Positions 34,879-42,304 of a stretch of DNA of 64,000 bases are shown in pieces. The notes under the pieces were generated by a model. The model was not told the origin of the DNA, searched no databases, and worked only from the letters and a program-made list of their open reading frames with translations. The position numbers and the translations under genes were made by a program. The DNA comes from a virus. Numbering within the stretch: position 1 is the first letter of the stretch; every line of letters begins with the position of its first letter. The DNA is taken from the IMG/VR virus record IMGVR_UViG_3300010167_000004, positions 1-64,000 of that record; one strand, given 5' to 3'.

Positions 34879-35652
34879 ATGGCACAGAGAGACATCCCAT
34901 CAAGCGGGGAATCATACTGGTCAGTGGCGCAAGAGTGCGCACTTAGAAGATGTAAGAAAAAATGTAAGGTGAAGTTTGATAGCAATAGATGTCAGAGATG
35001 CCGGGTGTATATCCGTAGGTATGCTCCTAACACTAACGAGAGTGCTATACAAATGCTCATGCTTCAAGCGGATACGGAAGCCTACAAATATAAATTAGAT
35101 CGCCGTGGGCATCATTTCAGATATGCTCTGGCAATGGTTATATTTATTTTGTTGGCAATATATGGCTGGAACCGTCACATAGAATTATATAATGTACCGC
35201 CATATCAATTCAAGACAAAGACACAAATAGTTGTACCACATAAGCCACCGACTCAAACATCTACAGCATATAATACATCGGCGCAAAGCGTTAAAGAGAA
35301 AATTGAATGGACATTAGAGCAAGTTGATTATGCAATGCGTAGACCAATAGATGTGAATGGTGACGGTCTGATAAATTGTATTGATGCTGCTGTATTATTT
35401 TATCAGCACTATCCTGATGATAAAAAATATGTAGGGATTATATTAAACTATAATCCAAGCACGGGCTTCAACCATCTATTTAATGTAGTATGGTTGAATA
35501 ATACATGGATAGGAATTGAGCCACAAGCTTATTATCTTGAAGGATGGTTTACAAAGTCATATTTTATGCGAGATTTTTGGCCTTCCTCTTTATATGATTT
35601 CACGATAAATGAAGATCAGACAGATAAATATACTAAATATGTGAGGAGGTAG
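34879..35652 (+). CDS. membrane-anchored transglutaminase-like / papain-fold Cys-protease-like protein with a dockerin/EF-hand-like loop
   Basis: TM segment YALAMVIFILLAIYGW, a DVNGDGLINCIDAAVLF loop, then NHLFNVVWLNNTWIGIEPQ, giving a Cys...His...Glu/Asp order as in transglutaminase-like cores. Confidence 0.45.
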   Translation: MAQRDIPSSGESYWSVAQECALRRCKKKCKVKFDSNRCQRCRVYIRRYAPNTNESAIQMLMLQADTEAYKYKLDRRGHHFRYALAMVIFILLAIYGWNRHIELYNVPPYQFKTKTQIVVPHKPPTQTSTAYNTSAQSVKEKIEWTLEQVDYAMRRPIDVNGDGLINCIDAAVLFYQHYPDDKKYVGIILNYNPSTGFNHLFNVVWLNNTWIGIEPQAYYLEGWFTKSYFMRDFWPSSLYDFTINEDQTDKYTKYVRR

Positions 35653-35654
35653 TT

Positions 35655-35720
35655 ATGTTCGGAATAGCATGTATAGGTATTGTAGTAACAGCTATACTTT
35701 GGATAGCAACAAGCGTGTAA
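35655..35720 (+). CDS. possible 21-aa hydrophobic micropeptide
   Basis: MFGIACIGIVVTAILWIATSV. SD GAGGAGG lies 5 nt upstream. Confidence 0.35.
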   Translation: MFGIACIGIVVTAILWIATSV

Positions 35721-35789
35721 TTCACAGGATAGTGATGTATCCTGATGGGTTGTTGTGCCAAACCTTTCCGTGTTGAGGGTTATCAATAC

Positions 35790-35881
35790 GGGCTTGAGCC
35801 TATAGTATATGGTTGTACGGTTGATGGTGGCTTCATACCTCCTTCCATCAACAGGTGTGGGTTCGATTCCCACTAGGCCCC
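35790..35881 (+). ncRNA. tRNA-like element: acceptor stem + canonical T-arm, but a non-canonical core with a long hairpin
   Basis: GGGCTTG pairs with TAGGCCC (2 G-T pairs). T-arm is GTGGG-TTCGATT-CCCAC at 35857-35873. The 60 nt in between hold an 8-bp stem GTTGATGG/CCATCAAC (35820-35852). I could not draw a D arm or a normal anticodon arm. Confidence 0.45.
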
Positions 35882-35955
35882 ATACAAAGCCTGTGAGTAA
35901 GTGCAGATGGTAGATGAACGCTATGCGTGAAATCACCGGAGCCATATCAGGCGGT

Positions 35956-36064
35956 ACGGAGAGCGGGGATCTAGGGCAATACGTCCCGACAAAATGCTAT
36001 CTAATCAACGGCATTGATTCTATACACGCTAGGTGATTACTCCGGGTGTAAGCCCCGGTTCCGT
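35956..36064 (+). ncRNA. structured module 1: ACGGAG...TTCCGT closing helix with an adjacent CCGGG-TGTAAGC-CCCGG hairpin
   Basis: Complementarity read directly. The internal hairpin is AATCAA/TTGATT. Confidence 0.4.
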
Positions 36065-36115
36065 TATCCTTCCTCAAAGGATGAATGTTGTAGGTGACGC
36101 ATGGGAACCTTCGGT

Positions 36116-36180
36116 ACGGAGAGAAACAATAGAGTGAATATGCAACAGCAGGGTGCAAGTCCCGGCTCCGTTATCTTTTT
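36116..36180 (+). ncRNA. structured module 2: ACGGAG...CTCCGT closing helix with an adjacent GGG-TGCAAGT-CCC hairpin, then TTATCTTTTT
   Basis: The 3' motif GGGTGCAAGTCCCGGCTCCGTTATC parallels GGGTGTAAGCCCCGGTTCCGTTATC in module 1. A T5 run follows. Confidence 0.4.
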
Positions 36181-36422
36181 ATCACGGTAAAGTTATACGA
36201 ATGACATCGCCTATAACTTTATGAATGTGAGTCCGATACCGTGTGGAGGGCCACCGCAAACCTGACGTTGTAGAGGAGCATTAGAACGCCGGAAGCTGAA
36301 CAGGGGACTTGGTGCAATGAGTAGGGGTAACAGACTGTATAAAACGCTTGGCGAATAACCTACTTAGAACCAGAGGCGTGACGGTGTGGAGAGACACACA
36401 TATTTTATTTCAGGGGGTATTT

Positions 36423-36788
36423 ATGACATCGGACATTATCATTGATTTATTTTTCTGGCATCAATTACTACAATTTGGTAGTGCCCTCCTAACTCCATTT
36501 GTAGCTGTGAGTATTGCGCTAACAGCAGTACTATGGATAATATCTATTGCATGGGAAGATGATGAATGGGTTACGTATAAGAAGGCTACACTATTTAAGT
36601 ATGCGCATATAGGATCACTTATAACTAGCATAGTTATTATACTATTTGCTACAGTAATTTTTTTCCGTGACGTATGGTTAAAGACAGAGATTGCTAAAGT
36701 AGTTGTCCCAAATAGTTTAGACATTATGGATTCTGTGAGCAGGGAAGTTAAGGAGATGTGGAATATACTAAAAGGGTTACTAAGATGA
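36423..36788 (+). CDS. membrane protein with 3 TM segments (holin-like topology)
   Basis: SD GGGGGTAT upstream of the ATG at 36423. Three hydrophobic segments. 121 aa. Confidence 0.65.
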   Translation: MTSDIIIDLFFWHQLLQFGSALLTPFVAVSIALTAVLWIISIAWEDDEWVTYKKATLFKYAHIGSLITSIVIILFATVIFFRDVWLKTEIAKVVVPNSLDIMDSVSREVKEMWNILKGLLR

Positions 36789-37015
36789 CAGCAGTATTTT
36801 GTGATATATGCGGTGAGGAGATTATCAAGCGTGACTACCAAATCATTAAATCGTCTGTGCTTTCATTTCATTTCAAAGATGTATGTAAAACATGTCAAGA
36901 TGCATACGATGTAGTGAATGAAAAACAAATGATCCTAACGCATATGCGACAAGTAGGCAGGGTTAAATCATCCCCAATATGTAGAGACAGTAGTGAATAT
37001 AAGGAGCCGTTATGA
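36785..37015 (+). CDS. zinc-ribbon protein
   Basis: CDICGEE...CKTC. ATGA overlap. Confidence 0.6.
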   Translation: MTAVFCDICGEEIIKRDYQIIKSSVLSFHFKDVCKTCQDAYDVVNEKQMILTHMRQVGRVKSSPICRDSSEYKEPL

Positions 37016-37551
37016 TCATAGCAATAGACTTCGATGGTACTTGTGTCACGCATGATTACCCTAATGTCGGTAAGGACATCGGTGCTGTACCAGTATTGAA
37101 ATGGTTAGTGAATGAAGGGCATCAGCTAATACTTTGGACGATGAGAAGTAAAGGTCAGTTACATGACGCTGTAGGATGGTTTGCTAAAAATGAAATCCCA
37201 CTGTACGGATGCAATAAAAATCCTAATCAGTCATGGTCAGATTCTCCAAAAGCATACGCTGAATTGTATATAGATGATGCGGCATTAGGCTGCCCTCTTA
37301 TGCTTGAACCGAATATATCACCGAGGCCATTTGTAGATTGGAAACGAGTAGAGTATAGACTTAAACAAATCTTTGCAGGACAATTAAAAATCGGACATAC
37401 TGCATTAGTACTGGGAGGAACTAATGAATCAGATCATGATGCTGATAATGACCATTGCGCTAGAGGTGGGGATTCCCCCACAATTTGCACTTGCCATAGC
37501 ACTAACGGAGAATCACACATTAAACCCAAATGCTGTCAGCAAGCCGAATAG
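37012..37551 (+). CDS. HAD-superfamily phosphatase-like protein
   Basis: IAIDFDGTCVTH gives the DxDxT motif I. SD AAGGAG. The 3' 128 nt overlap the next gene. Confidence 0.65.
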   Translation: MIIAIDFDGTCVTHDYPNVGKDIGAVPVLKWLVNEGHQLILWTMRSKGQLHDAVGWFAKNEIPLYGCNKNPNQSWSDSPKAYAELYIDDAALGCPLMLEPNISPRPFVDWKRVEYRLKQIFAGQLKIGHTALVLGGTNESDHDADNDHCARGGDSPTICTCHSTNGESHIKPKCCQQAE

Positions 37552-37837
37552 AAATGGTACGATAGATTTAGGTATCATGCAGTTAAACAGTGCTAATTTC
37601 GGGCATATAAATTGGCGTGATCCTGCAACAAATATCCGGGCAGGGTGTGAGCATATTAAAATGTTAATAAATAGGCCGGAGACAACTACCTATTGGAGTG
37701 TGGCTATAGCCTATAATGCCGGGATAAATCGGATACGGAATCCTCCAGCCTCTACATTAAGGTATGCGGATGCCGTAATAAAAAAGTTTAATGAGTTAAC
37801 ATATGGTGGCGTAGCACCTATACTATTAAGGAAGTGA
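37424..37837 (+). CDS. lytic transglycosylase (SLT domain)
   Basis: ALTENH (catalytic Glu), GIMQLNS and AYNAG. SD GGGAGGA. Confidence 0.75.
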   Translation: MNQIMMLIMTIALEVGIPPQFALAIALTENHTLNPNAVSKPNRNGTIDLGIMQLNSANFGHINWRDPATNIRAGCEHIKMLINRPETTTYWSVAIAYNAGINRIRNPPASTLRYADAVIKKFNELTYGGVAPILLRK

Positions 37838-37839
37838 AT

Positions 37840-38154
37840 ATGGAAATAAGCACGTCACTGTTAATATCTATCGGTACATTAGTTGCTACATTAGCGACAT
37901 CGTATGGTGTATACAAGACAAAGATGGCGCAACATGAGAAAGAGATCAATGGAATGGGCATGAGCCTACGGGAACAAATCAAAGATGTATCTGCCCGGAT
38001 AGATAAAGAATTAAGTAATCTGAAATCGGATTATATAAACAAGATGGAAACGCATGAAAGAGAAAGTGACAAAGCGTATAGGGATCTGATTGTAGATGTT
38101 TCTCTATTGAAAGAGAGACAGAATGTACTTAAAGATAAGGTGGATAAGTTATGA
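37840..38154 (+). CDS. N-terminal TM + coiled-coil protein (holin- or i-spanin-like topology)
   Basis: LLISIGTLVATLATSYGVY followed by a charged helical region. SD AAGGAAGTGA. An alternative GTG start is at 37834. Confidence 0.6.
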   Translation: MEISTSLLISIGTLVATLATSYGVYKTKMAQHEKEINGMGMSLREQIKDVSARIDKELSNLKSDYINKMETHERESDKAYRDLIVDVSLLKERQNVLKDKVDKL

Positions 38155-38528
38155 CATATGTAGGATTGGACGGGCCAGAACTATTAAACGAGTGTGGTGA
38201 TAATGCACAGAAATGGGCGCAAGCGTTCATGGAACTTGTGTATACAAGAGCTGTTACTGTTGATGAAGGGCTGATGATTAGCTGGTTTGCTAATGCTATT
38301 GAGCGTACAAGAGATCTAATACATCAAAAACAACGGCTTAGTTTTACCTCTACTATGTGTGATGAATGTAGCAAGATAGAAGGTATGGTATACATACACT
38401 CTAAATGTCATCCTGAATCTCCTACATGGGTATGTATAGATAGGGATAAATCAGAAATTAGTATTAGATGCGCCGAATGTAATAAAATTGTACTCCAGTC
38501 AAATGCGTTTACATTCGGCGGGGTATGA
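38151..38528 (+). CDS. hypothetical protein with a C-terminal zinc-binding motif
   Basis: 125 aa with CDEC...H..CH...C...CAEC. SD AAGGTGGA. Confidence 0.65.
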   Translation: MTYVGLDGPELLNECGDNAQKWAQAFMELVYTRAVTVDEGLMISWFANAIERTRDLIHQKQRLSFTSTMCDECSKIEGMVYIHSKCHPESPTWVCIDRDKSEISIRCAECNKIVLQSNAFTFGGV

Positions 38529-38791
38529 CAAAAGACAAATTAGAACAGTTACGGCGGCAGATAAATGATCCGGGATATATGGATAGAGCGGTCAATGTAT
38601 TAGCTGATAACATAGTGAATGGATTAGTGGAGTTACGAGTTACAAAGTATTGCAAACGGTGTAACACATATAAAGAGGAAGATGCCTTTGCTAATAATTG
38701 TAAAGCCAAAGACGGCAAGAATTATTATTGCCGCCCCTGTCAATCAGAATTGATGAGAATATATCAGGAGAGGAAACGTGGGAAGTTGTAA
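38525..38791 (+). CDS. zinc-ribbon protein
   Basis: CKRC...CRPC. ATGA overlap. Confidence 0.6.
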   Translation: MTKDKLEQLRRQINDPGYMDRAVNVLADNIVNGLVELRVTKYCKRCNTYKEEDAFANNCKAKDGKNYYCRPCQSELMRIYQERKRGKL

Positions 38792-40700
38792 TGTATGTTG
38801 GGCATGGAAGCCGCATGAATGGAACGGATGGAAGTGGGTAGATACTCAAGCACCATGTCAGATGATGGATAATGATTTGCTCGTAGGCCCGGATAATTCA
38901 TGTCAGCACTTTGCTATTATTAAACCAGCAAACTGGCAAGCACGTATAGAGCATGTGACAACGAAGAAGGATGATCCAATTTCACATGATGACTTTCTTA
39001 ACTCAATGGCAGACTGGTATAAAAATAATCAGTCTAAGTTTGATATGGTAAATATCAAAGAGGAGGTAGATGATGAATACTACGGACATCAAGAGGATGA
39101 CTTTCAACGATATAAAGACGAGAGCGAGATTGCTTTATTTCACGATATGGGCATGGGGAAGTCAGCTACCATACTTCGTGTGGCTGCTCATAAGTATCGT
39201 AATGGTGACATTAAGACACTACTCATTATCGCACCTAATGACGTGCATAAACAATGGGCTGTGGAGCAAATACCTAAGTGGTTGCCAAAGGATATTGATC
39301 GTGAAGTTAAATGCTTTGGAGGTAGAGGCGGAACTAAGGAGTTACATCCGTTCTACTACACCGATTACTTTCAGATCGTGGTGGTTAATATAGATACATT
39401 TAGTACACCTAAGAAGTGGGAAGATATAGCAGCATGGGTGAAGGCGACTAAATGTATGGTGATACTTGATGAAGCAACGAGTATTAAAAACATTAAATCA
39501 AAGAGGACAGAGAGGTTATTATATGAGTTTAACGAAGTGGTTCGGAGGCGTAAACAAGTTATCAGTAGTATACCATGCACTGTTGCACGGGCTATACTCA
39601 CAGGTACACCAGTTACGAATGGCGTGCTTGATCTATGGAGTCTGTTTGAGTTTCTCCGTCCTAATTATTTTAAGAGGAACTATTACAGCTTTCGTAATCA
39701 CTATGCGATGTTAGCAAACATTACTACAGCCTATGGTAGTGCGCAAATACTTATCAACCCGGAATTGTGGGAGAGTATTAAACGATGTAGCGATTATATA
39801 CAAGCCAATCAGGTGTTCGGTGTATCACTAGAAACATACAATATCATTCAATCACAGGAAACATTTAGAGGAGCATATAAGAATGAAGATGAACTTAAAA
39901 AACTTATTGAACCAATTAGTAGCTTCCGTACTCTTAAAGATTGCGTTGACATGCCTCCGCAGATATACAATAAAAAAACCGTTACCATGTCACTTGAGCA
40001 ATTCAAAGCATATGAATCGATGGAACGAGAACTGTTGGCGATGTATGGCGGAGCTACAACGACAGCAGCCAATAAGCTGTCGGCTTTAATCCGCTTGCAA
40101 CAAATTAGCTCTGGGTTTATCGTACAAGGGCAATTATCATTAGACGAGGAGGGTAATGTAAATGAAGATTACGATTTGGAACCGGGTGAAATTATGTGGC
40201 TTGGTAATAGCTTGCCTAAGCTTGAGGCTATATACCGTGATATTGAGGAATCAAGCAAACCCAGTATTGTTATCACTCGCTTCTCAGCTGAAGCGTCAAA
40301 GATATATGATGATCTACAACGGAACAACAGAGTGCTATTATATACTGGGTGGAAGAAAACAGGTACAATAGAAGATTTTAAGGAAGGTAAATATGAAATA
40401 CTGGTTGCAAACATTAGGTGTATCAGTAGGGGATTTAACTTACAAAATGCTTATCAAATGTTTTTCTATAGTAACACGTTCTCTCTTGAAGATCGCTTGC
40501 AAACAGAGGGACGTATCTTTAGGATTGGTCAACGGAATACATGTGTCTATACAGACTACATCAACGAAGGAACCATTGACCTTAAAGTGGTGGGAGCATT
40601 ACGACAAAAACGAGCGTTGCTTGATTATATTCGAGGTACATCATTGACAGCATTGCTCAAAGATGAAGATGAGGTAACAATAATGGAAAGTAATATATAA
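38778..40700 (+). CDS. SNF2/SWI2-family helicase
   Basis: GMGKSAT (motif I), ILDEATSIKN (II), LTGTPVTNG (III) and QTEGRIFRIGQ (VI). GTG start after AGGAGAGGAAA. Confidence 0.85.
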   Translation: MGSCNVCWAWKPHEWNGWKWVDTQAPCQMMDNDLLVGPDNSCQHFAIIKPANWQARIEHVTTKKDDPISHDDFLNSMADWYKNNQSKFDMVNIKEEVDDEYYGHQEDDFQRYKDESEIALFHDMGMGKSATILRVAAHKYRNGDIKTLLIIAPNDVHKQWAVEQIPKWLPKDIDREVKCFGGRGGTKELHPFYYTDYFQIVVVNIDTFSTPKKWEDIAAWVKATKCMVILDEATSIKNIKSKRTERLLYEFNEVVRRRKQVISSIPCTVARAILTGTPVTNGVLDLWSLFEFLRPNYFKRNYYSFRNHYAMLANITTAYGSAQILINPELWESIKRCSDYIQANQVFGVSLETYNIIQSQETFRGAYKNEDELKKLIEPISSFRTLKDCVDMPPQIYNKKTVTMSLEQFKAYESMERELLAMYGGATTTAANKLSALIRLQQISSGFIVQGQLSLDEEGNVNEDYDLEPGEIMWLGNSLPKLEAIYRDIEESSKPSIVITRFSAEASKIYDDLQRNNRVLLYTGWKKTGTIEDFKEGKYEILVANIRCISRGFNLQNAYQMFFYSNTFSLEDRLQTEGRIFRIGQRNTCVYTDYINEGTIDLKVVGALRQKRALLDYIRGTSLTALLKDEDEVTIMESNI

Positions 40701-40767
40701 CTAAATAATCTAAACCATCAGTAACCAATTAAAAATAAATAAACAACTTAGCATAGTGGAGGTTACG

Positions 40768-40947
40768 ATGACAGTACCAGAACTTAATTTATGCTCCGAC
40801 AAAGTATGGGAGTATTGGAGGAATGGAGTTAAGTTACAGACAGCTTTTAATCATGTGACTAAAGGTTGGGAACAATCAGACAAAGCACGTTTGCGTTCAA
40901 AAATGATTGAGCGTCACGGTGCTGTATGGAGGGCATTAAAATGTTAG
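40768..40947 (+). CDS. small hypothetical protein
   Basis: SD GGAGG upstream of the ATG at 40768. 59 aa. Confidence 0.55.
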   Translation: MTVPELNLCSDKVWEYWRNGVKLQTAFNHVTKGWEQSDKARLRSKMIERHGAVWRALKC

Positions 40948-41159
40948 CAGAGGACAGTATACTAAAGATAAAAGCAACACACGTATTCAAATGTGGGACA
41001 TGTGGTAAACGAATAATCATATATGATTGCACTAGGGAACATGCCATACGTAATGTACTTATACAACAACATCATTGGATACATAATGGAATGGCAAAAC
41101 AATGGTGCAGCGAGGCGTGTCATGTTAAAGCTATGCAAACGGAGTCAGTATGCACATAG
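40941..41159 (+). CDS. zinc-ribbon protein, paralog of 41150-41344
   Basis: HVFKCGTCGKR...KQWCSEAC. SD GGAGGG. Confidence 0.6.
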   Translation: MLAEDSILKIKATHVFKCGTCGKRIIIYDCTREHAIRNVLIQQHHWIHNGMAKQWCSEACHVKAMQTESVCT

Positions 41160-41344
41160 AAACAGTACACACATTTGCTTGTGACACATGTGGTAAACAA
41201 GTTAAGGTTAAGAATTGTAACATGGACTATGCAATAAGTACCGTACTTGTTAGACATCGTGGTTGGATATGGGACGGTAAGTATAAACAATGGTGCAGTA
41301 AACTATGCCTTGCGGAACGTATGCTAAAGAAGGTATCAGCGTAA
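41150..41344 (+). CDS. zinc-ribbon protein, paralog of 40941-41159
   Basis: HTFACDTCGKQ...KQWCSKLC. Confidence 0.6.
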   Translation: MHIETVHTFACDTCGKQVKVKNCNMDYAISTVLVRHRGWIWDGKYKQWCSKLCLAERMLKKVSA

Positions 41345-41405
41345 ACCGCCGTTGGCGAGAGACGAGGATATAAAATGTTCAAGGGGTGACAACACCTCAA
41401 GGGCG

Positions 41406-41473
41406 ATCTTAGGCCATGCTGTTATGGTTCCCCTCCCAAATCTCCATAGCAGAACCACATGGCCTAAGATTTT
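41406..41473 (+). terminator. long bipartite hairpin (13 + 9 bp) with a 16-nt C-rich loop, followed by TTTT
   Basis: ATCTTAGGCCATG pairs with CATGGCCTAAGAT and CTGTTATGG with CCATAGCAG. The loop is TTCCCCTCCCAAATCT. Confidence 0.55.
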
Positions 41474-41485
41474 AAGGATGACATT

Positions 41486-41662
41486 ATGGATGAAAAGGAA
41501 GAAGCATTTGCAAACCAAGTAATGGAAACATTAGAAGCTACATTTGATATAATGAATAAGCGGATTAAATTACTAGAGGAGACATTGCTACAACTTATTG
41601 ATAAGGTGGCAATCCTAGTGGATGATTATAATAACCATATCCATAATCAGGATAACCCATGA
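41486..41662 (+). CDS. small coiled-coil protein (58 aa, below the ORF-track cutoff)
   Basis: MDEKEEAFANQVMETLEATFDIMNKRIKLLEETLLQLIDKVAILVDDYNNHIHNQDNP. SD AAGGATGA. It overlaps the methyltransferase start. Confidence 0.5.
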   Translation: MDEKEEAFANQVMETLEATFDIMNKRIKLLEETLLQLIDKVAILVDDYNNHIHNQDNP

Positions 41663-42186
41663 ACATTGGACAAATGCTTCAAAATGGCAAGCCACAAGAC
41701 GAATGGTATACACCAACCTATGCTGTATATCCTCTAGTACCCTACCTTAAACCAAACAGTACAATCCTATGTCCATTCGATCAGGAGATTTCAGCTTTCG
41801 TGCGGGTGCTTCATTCAGTTGGGCATACGATATGGTACGAACATATCAAAGACGGTAGAGATTTCTTTACGATCACACCAGACGAAGTAAAGCATGTCGA
41901 TTACGTGATCAGTAATCCACCGTACTCGGTGAAAGATAAAGTGTATCAGCATCTATTCCTATTAGATAGACCATTCGCTATGCTCGTAGGTGGCGTAGGA
42001 TTGTTTGAAGGTGCGAGACATTCTATGTTTAGTCATCGAGAGGTAGAGGTAATGTGGCTATATCCACGGGTGTCATACTTTAATCAAGAGTGGGATGAGA
42101 TAGGCTCGCCACCGTTTCAATCAGTATACGTTTGTTCTAGGGTGTTACCTAAACCTCATATCTTTACCACTATGCAGAAAAGATGA
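41659..42186 (+). CDS. putative N6-adenine DNA methyltransferase
   Basis: VISNPPYS matches motif IV (D/N/S)PPY. DEWYTP at the N-terminus resembles phage Dam-type enzymes. Confidence 0.6.
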   Translation: MNIGQMLQNGKPQDEWYTPTYAVYPLVPYLKPNSTILCPFDQEISAFVRVLHSVGHTIWYEHIKDGRDFFTITPDEVKHVDYVISNPPYSVKDKVYQHLFLLDRPFAMLVGGVGLFEGARHSMFSHREVEVMWLYPRVSYFNQEWDEIGSPPFQSVYVCSRVLPKPHIFTTMQKR

Positions 42187-42226
42187 TGTGTTTTAAGGTC
42201 GAAGCTTACCCCCGCTGACTGCCCTT

Positions 42227-42270
42227 TTTATACCTATAAACCGGCCCAAAGGCCGGGACTGTGATATAAT
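42227..42270 (+). promoter_or_regulatory. TTTATACCTATAAAC box + CCGGCC-CAAA-GGCCGG hairpin + extended -10 TGaTATAAT
   Basis: Box at 42227-42241 (reverse-complement orientation of the 31573 box), hairpin at 42241-42256 and -10 at 42265-42270. Confidence 0.5.
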
Positions 42271-42304
42271 AAAAATAAATAATCTTTTAGAGGAGAATCG
42301 GACT

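Noticed and set aside
34692-34985. Minus-strand His-rich 97-aa ORF
   Set aside because: It is the antisense shadow of the GAT/GAA-rich acidic gene. It has no SD and the wrong orientation for this block.
35826-35842. Reading the GGTGG-CTTCATA-CCTCC hairpin as an anticodon arm with anticodon UCA (opal suppressor or tRNA-Sec-like)
   Set aside because: The stem has a T-T mismatch, position 37 would be U rather than a purine, and no D arm can be drawn. All long ORFs are intact in the standard code, so nothing indicates stop-codon recoding.
35616-35945. Minus-strand 109-aa ORF across the tRNA-like region
   Set aside because: It has no SD and lies opposite to all neighbouring genes. It runs through the canonical T-arm/acceptor sequence and has odd Tyr/Cys/Thr-rich composition.
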